This document shows, in pieces, positions 37,044-49,380 of a stretch of 64,000 nucleotides of DNA (its first letter is position 1; each line of letters starts with the position of its first letter). Source of the DNA: Lama glama (Eukaryota); the NCBI GenBank assembly GCA_028534125.1, contig CM052817.1:37884001-37948000 (forward strand), read 5' to 3'. Under the pieces are notes generated by a model that had not been told where the DNA came from, did no database searches, and saw nothing but the letters and a program-made list of their open reading frames with translations. Both the position numbers and the translations under genes were made by a program.

Positions 37044-37455
37044 ATTTTGCCATTTGCAGCAACATGGATGAACTTGGGAGGTATTACGCTAAGTGAAGTA
37101 AGTCAGACAGAGACAAATACTGTATGATATCACTTATATGTGGAATCTAAAAAATACAACAAACTAGTGAATATAGCAAAAAAGAAACAGATTCACAGAT
37201 ACAGAGAACAAAGTAGCAGCTGCCAGTGGGGAGAGGAAAAGGGGGAAAGGCAACATAGGGGCAGGAGATTAAAAGGTGCAAAGTACTACATCTAAAATTA
37301 GCTCCAAGGGTATGTGGTATACATATTGTCACCACAGGCCAATATTTTATAACTATAAATGGAGTATAACCATTAAAAATTGTGAATCACTACATTGTAC
37401 ACTTGTAACTTATATAATATTCTACATCAACTACAATTTTAAAAAGTCAAAAAAA
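37044..37455 (+). mobile_element. 5'-truncated L1 with 17-bp TSD
   Basis: L1 ORF2 end plus 3'UTR ('gccatttgcagcaacatggatg...tcacttatatgtggaatctaaaaaa'). TSD attca(t/c)ttagaaggaca at 37027-37043 and 37456-37472. Confidence 0.95.
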
Positions 37456-37845
37456 ATTCACTTAGAAGGACATGGGACAGGATCCCCAGTTGGCCAACAG
37501 GGCAACATTAGGTATTGCTCTTCCATGAGACTAGCCCTTACAGCAGTCCGTGAAATCTGAGTGGCAGACCGAGAGCTATACTCTGGTTTCCCACATCTCA
37601 GGTTTGAGAGAATGATTCTCAGATGGAGCAGGTATGAAGTTCCCCTGGCTTAAAAGCCCCCTATTCCACAGGAGCCAATATCTCTTGTAACAATTCCATA
37701 GACTGGGTTTTTATGGTCTTTACAAAAGGCATGACCAGTTACAAGAGTCTGAAACTATGGTACCTCCATCAATTATTTATCATTCATTTATAGTTTTTCC
37801 CATTCCAGATGCAATTAACCAAACAAAGATTATTTTCACCATAAG

Positions 37846-38345
37846 NNNNNNNNNNNNNNNNNNNNNNNNNNNNNNNNNNNNNNNNNNNNNNNNNNNNNNN
37901 NNNNNNNNNNNNNNNNNNNNNNNNNNNNNNNNNNNNNNNNNNNNNNNNNNNNNNNNNNNNNNNNNNNNNNNNNNNNNNNNNNNNNNNNNNNNNNNNNNNN
38001 NNNNNNNNNNNNNNNNNNNNNNNNNNNNNNNNNNNNNNNNNNNNNNNNNNNNNNNNNNNNNNNNNNNNNNNNNNNNNNNNNNNNNNNNNNNNNNNNNNNN
38101 NNNNNNNNNNNNNNNNNNNNNNNNNNNNNNNNNNNNNNNNNNNNNNNNNNNNNNNNNNNNNNNNNNNNNNNNNNNNNNNNNNNNNNNNNNNNNNNNNNNN
38201 NNNNNNNNNNNNNNNNNNNNNNNNNNNNNNNNNNNNNNNNNNNNNNNNNNNNNNNNNNNNNNNNNNNNNNNNNNNNNNNNNNNNNNNNNNNNNNNNNNNN
38301 NNNNNNNNNNNNNNNNNNNNNNNNNNNNNNNNNNNNNNNNNNNNN
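37846..38345. other. Assembly gap (500 N)
   Basis: Run of exactly 500 N. Confidence 1.
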
Positions 38346-38739
38346 TTATGAGTTGTAGTATATTTTTCTACAGTGAACTACTATAAAAATATTTGCCAGG
38401 ATGCCTAAGGGCTCTCCCCTGAATTTCAGTGGACTTCTAATGTTGTCTTCAAAGTCCCTGCAGAGTAATTCTTAACAGTGAAATTCAATTCAGAGAATCC
38501 ACTACAACAAGGAAAAAACTTCTCAAATCCAGTTAAGGAGGGATGAAGTACAAGTCCTAACTAAAGAAAGAAGCCACTTCTTGGAGTTTATTAATTTACT
38601 AGATTAATAATTCCATATCTTACATTTGATAGTGCTTTAAAATCTGTAAAAAGATACTTCCATTTGCTATCTTAATTAAGCCCCAATTTCAGATGTGTAA
38701 GCCCAATTTTATAAATGGCAAATCCTCAAAACACAAGGT

Positions 38740-38950
38740 GGGCTCTGGAATTAAACAGCCTTGTGTTGGAAACATGACTGTCAGCTACAAACTGTGTGAT
38801 CTTGAATAAATCTTGATAAATTTCTTCATCTGGAAACTGAAGAACATGATGGTGCCTGTTTTATAGGATTGTTGTGAGAATTGCAAAATGCAGAACTACT
38901 TGCTGGAAAAGTCAATGGCAGATAGTAAGTGCTCAATATGTGTTCACTAT
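38740..38950 (+). mobile_element. MIR SINE
   Basis: 'ggctctggaattaaacagcc...ctgtgtgatcttgaataa...ataggattgttgtgagaatt...tagtaagtgctcaata'. Confidence 0.75.
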
Positions 38951-39091
38951 TATTAACTTGTTTGAAGACAAATGATGAATTAGTAAAAGTAAAATTTGAA
39001 CCCAGGTCATTGTTTCTCAACTTCAGTGTCCTTTCTGCCAGGCCACACTGTATGTGTATTGTTTATTTAAAATTTATTTGGAATGGTGTGT

Positions 39092-39223
39092 CTTTGAGAG
39101 GGCAGGGTAGTAATTAGTTTTACTTATTTATTTATCTTCAGTGGAGGGACTGGGGATTGAACCCAGGCAGGACCTCGTAGGTGCTAAGCATGCACTCTAC
39201 CACTGAGCTATACCTTCCCCCCT
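39092..39223 (-). mobile_element. vic-1-type camelid SINE
   Basis: tRNA-Ala-like body 'ggggattgaacccagg...gctaagcatgcactctaccactgagctata'. TSD gaatggtgt(g/a)t at 39081-39091 and 39225-39235. Confidence 0.9.
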
Positions 39224-39649
39224 AGAATGGTGTATGTTTTGCCTATGTCACACTTTCTCTGGCATTTGGAGGTTGTGCTGCTTAGTTATAATCATATGTT
39301 TTGCCTCTGAAATGTGATCATCTTGGTTAAATGTATTAGATAATGGTTGCTGGTTGATGGTTTTCATTTGCAGATGTAAACGGCTTTGGAGGGTACTGTT
39401 TTTTAAAAAACTTTATCTCTATACACTTATAACAGAAAATTCAGTATCTAAGTCATTAATTATCTAATGATTATCAAAACTATAGAAAAATATCACTGAG
39501 GGCTAAGAGCAAAGGCTTTTTTGATCTACCTATATTTCACTTTCATAATATTAGAACTGTAATTCTCTTGATATGGTTTGAATGCTTCCTTGTTACCTAA
39601 AACATAGATTCAATTTCACATCCACAATATCATTCACTTCCACCAGGAG

Positions 39650-41740
39650 GTTTTAGGTAAAATATTGTACTTGGAAATGGTACTTTACAGAAGACATATA
39701 AATGTAGATCTAGTAGACTGTAGTAGGTCAGAGTTTCGATATGCTGAGTTTGAGTTCTCTGTGGGTCCTCTAAATGTAGATGTTTATGAAGAAGTTAGAT
39801 ATATGGGTCTGGGATTCAGGAGGAAGATTTGGACTGGAAATACAGATATTTAGTGTCTCACATAAAGAAGGTGTTCAAATCATGTCAGTGGCTGAGATCT
39901 CTCTGAGAGAATATGAAGAAAGAGTCTATTGAGGGAAACTTAGAGAAAACTAAAAGCTAAGGGATGTGTAGAGGAGGTTTCAAAGGATACAGAGAAAGAA
40001 AACCCAAGATTCAAGAGAAAAGCTGAGAGAGACTCTTGTCCTGGAAATGAAGAGATCCATTCTTTTGACAAATATTTTTTTGAGCGATTTGTGTGAGATG
40101 TTGAGATAAATTTGTGAACACAGCAGATAGACTTATTTGCTGCTGGGGAGAGACAGACAAAAATATAATAAATAAGTAAATCCTATATTTTGTTAAAAGA
40201 TGAAAATACAATAAAATATAATAAAGCAATGTAAGGGAGGCAGAGTGCAAAGGGCCAGTGTTACAATTTAAAATTAGGTAGTCTGAAAAAAAAAATCAAA
40301 CCAAATAGTCTGGGTAGGTAGACAAGAAAGTGGCATTTGAGTAAAGACTTGAAGGAGGTTAAGGGAGTGAGACATAAGTAATTTCAAGAAGGATGCAGTA
40401 GTCTACATGTTTTTGAAAGGTTAGGTAGGATACTGATTGAAAAGTTTCCATTTGATTTTTGAGATTGAGAGTCAATGTTGCCCTGGACAGAAGGAAATCT
40501 AGTAGCACAGGGCAAAGGTAGAAGGCAGATTCATGGGTAGATAAATAAATGTAAAGAAAGACAGCAAATAGGGACCTCTCTTTCTACCAGTATAATTTTG
40601 AAGGGAAAAGGAAAAAACAGTGTGGTGTCCAGAAACACAGATTAATAAACACTTTGTTTAATAAAGATTTTATTTCATTTTATTACTAGATAGAAAAGAT
40701 TTGAACATAATTATAGACAGAGAGGGGTTGAAGCCAGCATAGAAGAGGTTAAAATCCAGGTGGTCAAGAGGATGTGATTTTATAAGAAGAGATACCTGAG
40801 GACCTGGGAAATGGGGGAAAGAGAATGGGATATAAATGGAGAAACAGCTCTTCCGCTGGAACAAAAACAAATAAGGAAATATTGTGTTGCTTATAAATAA
40901 TTTAGTATTGAGAGGAAGCAAATGATGACTAGTTTTTCCTATGAAGTAGGGAATTGATGTCATTTGTTAAAAGTGATACAGTAGGTAATAAGGGTAGGAG
41001 GCCTGGGATGATTCCACATAGTTACTGTGGGACAAAGAATAAGGAAATGACTAGGACTGCAAAACAATTCTGAGGGTACAGTTAAAGCTGGAATCTATGA
41101 ATTTTTCATACCATTCATCTACATGATTGTGCATTCTGTCTTTTCTGTAGCATGCCCTAGCAGTCTAGGCATAGAAGAAGAATGAATAGACAGCTGAACT
41201 GATCCAGGCCAGAGGTTTTGCCTGGTATGTGTGATGAATTGACTGGGAGAATGTGAGTTAAGGGGTTTGGTGAGATTGTATTTTAAATGATACTTAGATT
41301 AGTCATAGAAAAGGGAGAGAATAAATGGGCTCGGGCTGATGAATTAGGACCAAAAGGAGAGACTAAAGGGAAGAGAAGACGATAGAGAGGCTGTGGGGAA
41401 CTGGAGATATAAGAGGATGTGGTTCAATGAATCTGACATTGGAGTTTAGGATTTCAAAAATGGGGCACTTCTGGGTGATATAAAGCCTGAGATGAAGATG
41501 CCTGCAGGGAAGTGGAAGTGGGTAATGACTGTAACTGAGAAGGACAAAAGAAGTGTCAGGCAAGACCATTGGACTGGTCAGCAACGTGGGGATTGAATTC
41601 ACGCAGAGTGATGGCAGGGATTAAGAGGGAGGTTGTGAACCGGTATGAAGTTATTGCTGAATCAGTGGAAGATTGTAATGAGGAAGAAAGAGGGAGGTGA
41701 TATATGAATCACATGAGCCCCAAAGGAAGGTTTCATGATA
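39650..41740 (-). mobile_element. L2 LINE relic(s), fragmented and nested
   Basis: Antisense L2 motifs ('atgctgagtttgag', 'tggcatttgagtaaagacttgaagga', 'gtttccatttgatttt'). Confidence 0.65.
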
Positions 41741-44700
41741 CTGAAGACGTTCTGTGAGATTCAAGAAGGCCAGCTAGGAAATCCACTCTTAGTGGATGTG
41801 GTATATAGATTCAGATCTGTCCTTTTAAATAGCAAATTAAGCTTCAATTTATCATAACCCAAACCAACCTAAAGTGATTCCTTAATTAACTGGGCTTTGC
41901 TTCTTTCACCTATACTTTTTTGGATGAGAGCAAAGCACAAGAAAATAAATTATTATTAGGATTAATAAACAGGTCAATTTGTTGGTCATGTACAGTAGAG
42001 GATACATTCATGCAAATATCCTATATTTTCCTACAATTACTTCTTTAAAATGGTACAGTGAGAAATGACATTTGGAATAAAGGCAGAGGAACTGAGAGCA
42101 TGGCCAGTCACCTGTTACAACTGACCTAATGTAACAATTAAAAATGGAATGTGATGCACAAAGTTTCAGATACCCCATGACGTATCTTTGAAAAGAGTGT
42201 GATTTTAGTTTACCCATGATGTGGTTATTTGCTCAGAAAAAAATATAGGTACTTATTAAATAAGTTGAAATATTTGTTCATTTGGCAATGTCTATCCCGT
42301 TTCTAGTCTGAAAAGGAAAATTTTCTCTGATATTAATGGGACTCTCACTTCTCAGGATAAGCGAAACAGAAACATAATGTTGTAAGTTTGGCCAATTTCA
42401 AAACAGGAGCATTTAAAGAATGGAAACTTTTATAACATGGCTTTACAGCTATAATATATTTTCTCATCGTAACTAACTGTGTAAGTTTTTGACTGTGGAC
42501 AATTAAAATAAACCAGCAGATTTTAGTTAAAGGTATATTTCCACTCTTCTCTGTAGAGAATATGCAAGTTGCTGACACATTCATGCACTGGTGAGGGCAC
42601 TGGTTCAGTCTACCTTAAACATGCTGGCATTAGTTGATTGTAGAGATGAGAGCCATTGATAAGGCTGTTCTATAAAATATAATAAAAATTACTTGTGAGG
42701 AAGAATGAGAATGGGGAAAATATCTTGGCTTGAGTGTGCCTGCTGTACATGAGGTTCCTAAATACAGAAACTTTTGTCCAGTGCCTATAAATGTGTAATT
42801 CAGCGTCACTGTACCTGCCTGATACCTGCCCTCCTTCCTTTCCATTTGTCTTCTCCATTCTCTTTCTTTGTATCCTCTGGCTTTTCATTGAATAATTATA
42901 TATTAAGTGCCAAGTACATGTCAGGTACTGTTTGGTGCTGTGGGTATGCAAAGGAAATATATTCTTTATCCTTAACCTAAGTTCTGCTGGGGAAAAAAAT
43001 TAAGACAAAGCAATATCTCAACACAGTTTCTAAATCTCGAGGCAATGCTGGGTAACTCAAGAAGATTTTTGTTTATGTGTAGGGACGTAGCAAAGTAGAA
43101 AAGTTTTCTTTTCCCCTTCCCCCAGAAAAAAATTCAGTTTTGATAAACTTTTCCAGAATTTTCCAATCAGGAAAAATTAGAGAGAATTGGGGTTTTAAAA
43201 ATATTCAGTATAGACATAAAAGCTATTGTTCAAGACAAGATTGTAGTTTGAATTAGATCTGTAGGGGAGATCTCCAGATCCCCTGCCTGGTTCTCGTAAG
43301 AGCAGATGGAATGGACAGTGCATTGTCAGGACAGCGTATGTGTGTTGAGATTGGAATGCAGCTCTTCCACTTGAGAACATCTCCTTCTGCCACAGCATCC
43401 TATCTACAGAGGTCGCATGCCTTGAGGAGGAAATCAGCAAGAGTGAGAGATGCTATAGACTGAAAACCTCCATATCAAATTCCATTCATGTTCTTCAGTC
43501 ATTGACACCAGGAAATGCATTTTTAAAAACCTCTATACATTACAAAGGTGATGCATTTATTTTTGGAACTCATAGACGGTGAGTTGCAATCCAGTGGTAA
43601 ACTGGAGAGTAGCAGTAGTCCCAGGCAAAACTGAACCAGAAGGGCTTCTCTATTTCTTATCTCCTCACTCTGTCCTACCCAGCTTTCCTTTTTAGTCTTT
43701 TCCTTTATATATAAAAAAAATGAGAATCTCTTTATCATTGTTTTTCTTCAGAAAATAGGATTCTAAGAATATGTTACTCTGATTAAGCAGAGTGGTCATC
43801 TTGGTGATATTACTCATATGTTACATTTTTGCAAAGGAACTGCATTAGGATGTTAGTTTATCTTCTTCTTTTGAAATATAAGCCCTATTTTGCCAAGTGT
43901 TTTGACGTTTTTGAAGAATATTTATAAGAACACACTTTATTTTAAGGCTTTAAAAAAGGTATTTAGTTTAACATTGATAATACTAGATTGCTATCTTTGC
44001 TCAATTATTTGAAGAACCAGGATCTTTTTTTTAGACTTCTAATGTGGAAGCAATTATCTGTTGTGTTGGGTAATTCCTTCACTTCTAAGTGTTGCTCCCT
44101 GAAGTTTTATTTCAGGGAGAAAATTATTGGTCAGTTGGTTTAAAACAACACTGTAACTGCTGAGCTTACTTCTTCCCCAGCTATGATCTCAACTGTTATA
44201 GCATTAGTCACAGCGAAAAATAATAGTTTTGTCCAACAGTCAATCTGTCATGTCCCCTGGCTGTGTTGTGGCTCATGACTAATGGTGAAATTAATCAGTT
44301 TGGCTCTTTGAGAACATGTTTCCTTGACACTAGTACATTGTTAAGGCCCCAGGAAGCATTGTCCATGATTTGTTTACAGCAATGGCTAAGTTTTCAGACA
44401 TTACATAATTTACTTTCTTCTTCTTTTTTTGCTATTTTTCTATTCTATAATGAAGAAATTTCAAGACAAAGAATATCAGATAACTCCTCTAGAAAACTTA
44501 GACTTTATTTAATTAAAAATTTCAGAAGTAACTTCAAAATTGGGTAAATGTTGCCTCTTTCTATTTTTTTCACTGTAAAAGTCTCTAGGTTTTTAGTCAA
44601 TATTAATAACAGAAGCATAGTTCAATAGGAATAATAGCTATTTTTATGAGATACTTATCTCGAGGCTGTATAATCTCCTTCTGTTAACGTTGTTTAAAAT

Positions 44701-47169
44701 AGAATTAAGCTTGTCTGTCTGGGTTGTTTTAAAACCTCTGGTGTGGGTTCTTAAGATGATCACAAGTGCAGTACAAGGATTGCAATGAAATCAGCCACTT
44801 GCCTCTGTGATTACTGGAGAGAATGTTTATTTCAAAACTCTGTAGGCTAGACAAATACTTTTATTTAATTAATGATCATAGCTCCATGGGTTTGTTAAAG
44901 CCCTTGCAAAAGTTGCTAAAGATTATCATTCCTGTGAGTCTAGCTGGACAATTTACTATGGAAAGGCCTTAAAAGGTCATTTATTTAATCTTTCTGCTTT
45001 TGGACAAAGACAAATGTTGAGAAATAGTCAGATATTATTTTTAGCTGCCCTATTTTTGTGTATTTGTTCCATCCTCACTTCATGTGATTTCCCCTCTTTT
45101 AGACACGACGCTTTCTGTGGTATAGTCACTTAACATCTTTACTTAACATTTCCATTATGGTTCAATCATATGTAGGCTCTACAGTCGGGAATGAGTTTGT
45201 TAAGGCATCGTTGTATAATCACGAAGTTTTTCTAGTTTGCTCCCTCAAATATAAGCCTCTTGGATGAAGTTGTCATTGCAGTGCCCAGCTGACCAAGAAA
45301 CCTGGCTTTAAAAATTTGAAAAGCCTGTTTAATATGGGATTCAAGACAACAAAAATTTGTTGGCATTGGCCAAACCCGCTATATGAACCAAAAAATGATC
45401 TCCCATTGTGCTGATCAGTTACTGCAGCTTACATTCACAGGCAGACCTGATTCTACTGACCTCGAGTCTTCTCTCTTGCTTTCTTCTTCTACTATCGAGG
45501 CTGGAAAAGATTAAAAAAAAATTCTCTCTCTAGCCGCTTTTGCTAAAAGGGGTGACCCCTGGGACGTGGTTGTGCCCAAGTGGAAGTCAGCTGAGATTGT
45601 GTCTCAGAAGATTTCACTTTCTAAGTTAACAGAGACCAATTTGGTGGGCACTGGTCTGCCCCTACTCATTTTAGCAGCTAATGAGCAGAAGCCTAGAGTT
45701 TTAGTAATCATCTTGTGATGCTGAAGGATCCTGCCCAGAGAAATCACAGAAACACTGGCCTTACATAACTGAGTCACTAAATCAATACAGTAACCACCCA
45801 CATCCAGATGTCTTTTTAAGTGACAAAAATAAACTTTTATTTAATTTAGCCACTAAGCTTCATTATATGTATCTGAAAGCATATGGTATATGTGTTTATA
45901 TATATAACATATACATATAATGAAGTTCTGGTTTTAGCTATCAGTTTATCTTCCCTCGGAATTTGATAAGAAGCTGGAGGTTGAAATGGCCAAGAGAATT
46001 TTCTTGGACCTAGTCAGATTTCTTCTCCTTTGTTATTTTGGTTTGATGATTCAAATTAGTTTCACAATTGCCTGGGCTCAATTCTACTTTTTAAAACAAG
46101 TTCAGAGCCTTCAAAGTCTTTCTGAATGAGTTCAAAATTTAGATTTCCAATAGTATCTTTATTGATTGATAACATTTCTATCTTATCACCATCATGATAC
46201 TGAAATTTAGGGTTTGTTCTTTGAAATATTTAGTAAGATGCCAATTCAGCTGCTCTTCAGCCTAGAAATGATAATGGCGCCACTGCCCTTTAGGGGGGTC
46301 ACCGGTCTGCTTCTCTGTTGCCTGTCACTGCAAGAGTGAATCTTTCTGGTTAGCCCTGCATTACAATAGAAGATCCTGTGTCCTAATTCTCAATTTAGGT
46401 GGGAAAGAAGAGTTGCTTAATGGAGTCTGACCTGAGAAAGGTTTTCCTTCGATGGGAGTCAGGAGCTCTCATGAGATTTTTTTGGTATCATCTAAAATCT
46501 TTTCTGGCTACAGCCATTTGAGATTTTACTGCTTAATTATTTCATGTGGACTTAGTTCTAGGCTACATTTTCATAAAATCCCCAGTGCTTATCCCATGCA
46601 TATAGGAGGTGCTTAGTAAAGGTAAATTGTTGAAATGTTAAGTGACAAATTGAAATTAAGAGAAAATTGAGTTCTCTTGTTAGGTTCTCTTGTCAGTTGG
46701 CTTTACGAGAAGAAGTTTATAAATTAACATTGTAATTTAAATAACCAGAAAATTTCAAATAATACTTCAAAACTAATTGTGGAAGAGAAGCTTAGCAGAA
46801 TTAGTAAAGCTACAATGAAGCACTGACAAATTATGATTGTCAAGAAAGTAATCACAGGGTTTTACAAACATCAGGGTTTCACAAATACCATAATGGTAGC
46901 TAATATATCTCTTGAGCTTTTTGCCTCTTTTTGCCTCTTAGGTGGAGAACTAGAAAAGCCAGAGAAAAACAGCCTTGACGCTTTATTTAGCTCCATTAAC
47001 TCAACAGAGGATAATGGTGGGTGAGATGAAGGAAGTATAAAGCTACTTGAATATGAGAATAGAAAGCTAGAAGGACTTTTGAGACTAACCAGACTAGGGT
47101 CCTAGAACTTGTCCCTTTTCTTTTTTGAAGCACATCATTACTGGAACATTTTGCCATTCTCAGGTGTTC

Positions 47170-47550
47170 CCTATACTTTTGTAGTTACATGCTGCTGATC
47201 AGGGTTTTCCCACTGCCTAGAAGGTCTTTTCTCTATTATTTAGACTCCTAGTCAGACTTCAAGATCAGAATAAAATGTTAACTCTTCTGTGAAGCATTCA
47301 TAAAGTACTTCAAAGCATCTTAAAGATTCTCTTCTCTTCTCACTACACACACACACACACACACACACAGAGTTTATATATTCTAACACTGTCGCATATT
47401 ATGGTAATTTGTTGATTTATATGTCTTTCTCCTTTCCTAGACATTAATTCTGTAAGAGTAGGGGCTGTGACTCATTTATCTCCCTAAACCAGGACCTCAC
47501 AATGCCTGAGACAGAGTAAGTGCTCAATAAATCTTTGTCAAGTAAATAGA
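47170..47550 (+). mobile_element. L2 3' fragment containing (CA)n at ~47346-47369
   Basis: Ends 'acaatgcctgagacagagtaagtgctcaataaat'. Confidence 0.7.
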
Positions 47551-47565
47551 TGTCCTGGAAAGGGA

Positions 47566-47576
47566 ATGACTCAGCA
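47566..47576 (+). promoter_or_regulatory. ARE / NF-E2 site (ATGACTCAGCA)
   Basis: Exact match to the CNC-sMAF consensus RTGASTCAGCA, with an embedded AP-1 site. Confidence 0.35.
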
Positions 47577-47713
47577 GTAAGTTTCAGTGGCGTTAACATA
47601 AATGTTGTATTACAGCAGGTCTCAGGGCAGAGGGAGAAAATATAGGTTAGATTAAACAACGGTTGTTAGCAATTTAGAATTTGTGGATAAGGTGCTTAAT
47701 TATTGTTAATATT

Positions 47714-48200
47714 TGTCAGATACCTTTGGGTCTAAAAAAGAGACCCCTTGATTCAAGTTGGCTTAAACAGTAAGGGAATTTGTCATCCAAACAAAAGAAA
47801 GTACAGAGGCAGAGCGGGCTGAGAGTGTAGTAATATGAGGGCTCCAGCTTCACGTCTTTATGATTCTTTTGGCTCCTCTCTCTTCCCTCACGTGGGCTTT
47901 GACTTCAGACTGGCTTCCTTCATGACTGGCAGGTGGCTGCCAGCAGCATTGGCATAACACGTGTCCTTACTCTGGGGTAGACCTCCTTTCCTACCATGGA
48001 GTAAACATTCTTTTTTATATTCTTTTTAAACATTCTTTGTTAGTCTGATTGGTCCAACTTAGCTTGTGTAGTAGCCTGGGCTATCATGGTTGTCAAGGAA
48101 CGCCGCTTAATGATTGGTAAGATAGTTGGGATGATTGTAATTGTCTAATCAAGAGACCCTTTTGAAGTTGTAAGGAATTAACTACCCCAAGCCAAGCAGG
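47714..48200 (-). mobile_element. MaLR solo LTR (MLT1K/L-like)
   Basis: 'tggcttaaacagtaagggaattt...cagactggcttccttcatg...tggctgccagcagc...tctgattggtccaactt'. Confidence 0.6.
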
Positions 48201-48211
48201 GGACTGTAGGA

Positions 48212-48440
48212 AGAGTGTAATGGTTAACAGCACAGACAGCCCCACTGCTCTCATTTAAATCCCATCTCCTCCGCTTACCTGCTCTGTGACATTAGGCAAG
48301 CTAACGCTAACTCAGTTTCTGTTTTTTTAGTAGGGCTGGTAACAGTACTTACTTCATAAAGTTATTATGAGGGTTAGTGAGTTATTAGATGTAAATTATT
48401 GAAAAACAGGGGAGGCACTATTGAAGTGTTAGCTCTCACT
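48212..48440 (+). mobile_element. MIR SINE
   Basis: 'gtgtaatggttaacagcacagac...ctctgtgacattaggcaag...ctcagtttc...gtacttacttcata'. Confidence 0.8.
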
Positions 48441-49229
48441 TTCTGATTATTTGACAAAAATTGATGTTATATTAAAAAGGTAAAAGCAGAGAATAGATTT
48501 TATGTAGGCAAGCAACAATATTCATTATGTAAGTTTTTGTTTCCTTTAACAAGTTGACTTTTAGGATCATCCAGTTTATTTTTGAATGTTTACCACTTTC
48601 GTAGTGATGAGTTTCATATTTAAAGAGAAAGATAATCACACGGGAAATTGTATGCTTAACTGTGTATTATTAATCATGTCTGGAAAGGAGGAAAGAATAT
48701 CTGCCTGTTTATTCTGAGAGTATATATTCTGCCAATCTGTAGCCAGATAAACTAACTATGGACAAAATACTGTTGGTGTCGCGATACCATGTACACATAC
48801 ACACCGTATGCGGAGAGAGCTGATGGCTACTCTGAAGCTTTATTAAGTTGCACAGTCTTATATAGCAAAGAAGAATGACAAGGGAAATGGTTAACAGGCA
48901 GCGTCTGGCTCAAGGTCAGAAGACCCTTTATGTTTTGGTAAATCATGTTCGTGTTGGCACCAGCGAGCCTTATAGCTTATCTGGGCAGAATGTATGAGAA
49001 ACGGCTGCTTCACAATATTCTTCTTGGACTCAGGCGGTTGTGCCTGTCTTACGTTGCCCCCCTCTGGGGATCTTACCCATCCTTGGCTAACCAGCCTTCT
49101 CACCTCTGAGTCTGCAGCTTTTTATAACTTGTTTATTACCATTCCAGCCCAAGGCCTGTTCCCTTGTTCCCACAGTCGGGGGCCTACAAATACCTAAAAA
49201 TAATTTAGATTAATGTATACTTAGGGTTT

Positions 49230-49380
49230 AATCAGATTCTTAAACATCATCTGCTTCATCCTTTCATTTTACAAATAAAATTTAGACTACAAGGAATTAC
49301 ATGAACTTGCCCAAGATGGTGCAGCTTGTGGCAGAACTGACTTAGAGTCAGAGGCTTAAACTTCACTCATGTATTATTTC
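49230..49380 (-). mobile_element. MIR SINE, decayed
   Basis: 'tcattttacaaat...aacttgcccaagatggtgcagc'. Confidence 0.55.

Noticed and set aside
37757..38386. 209-aa ORF
   Set aside because: Artefact of the second N gap.
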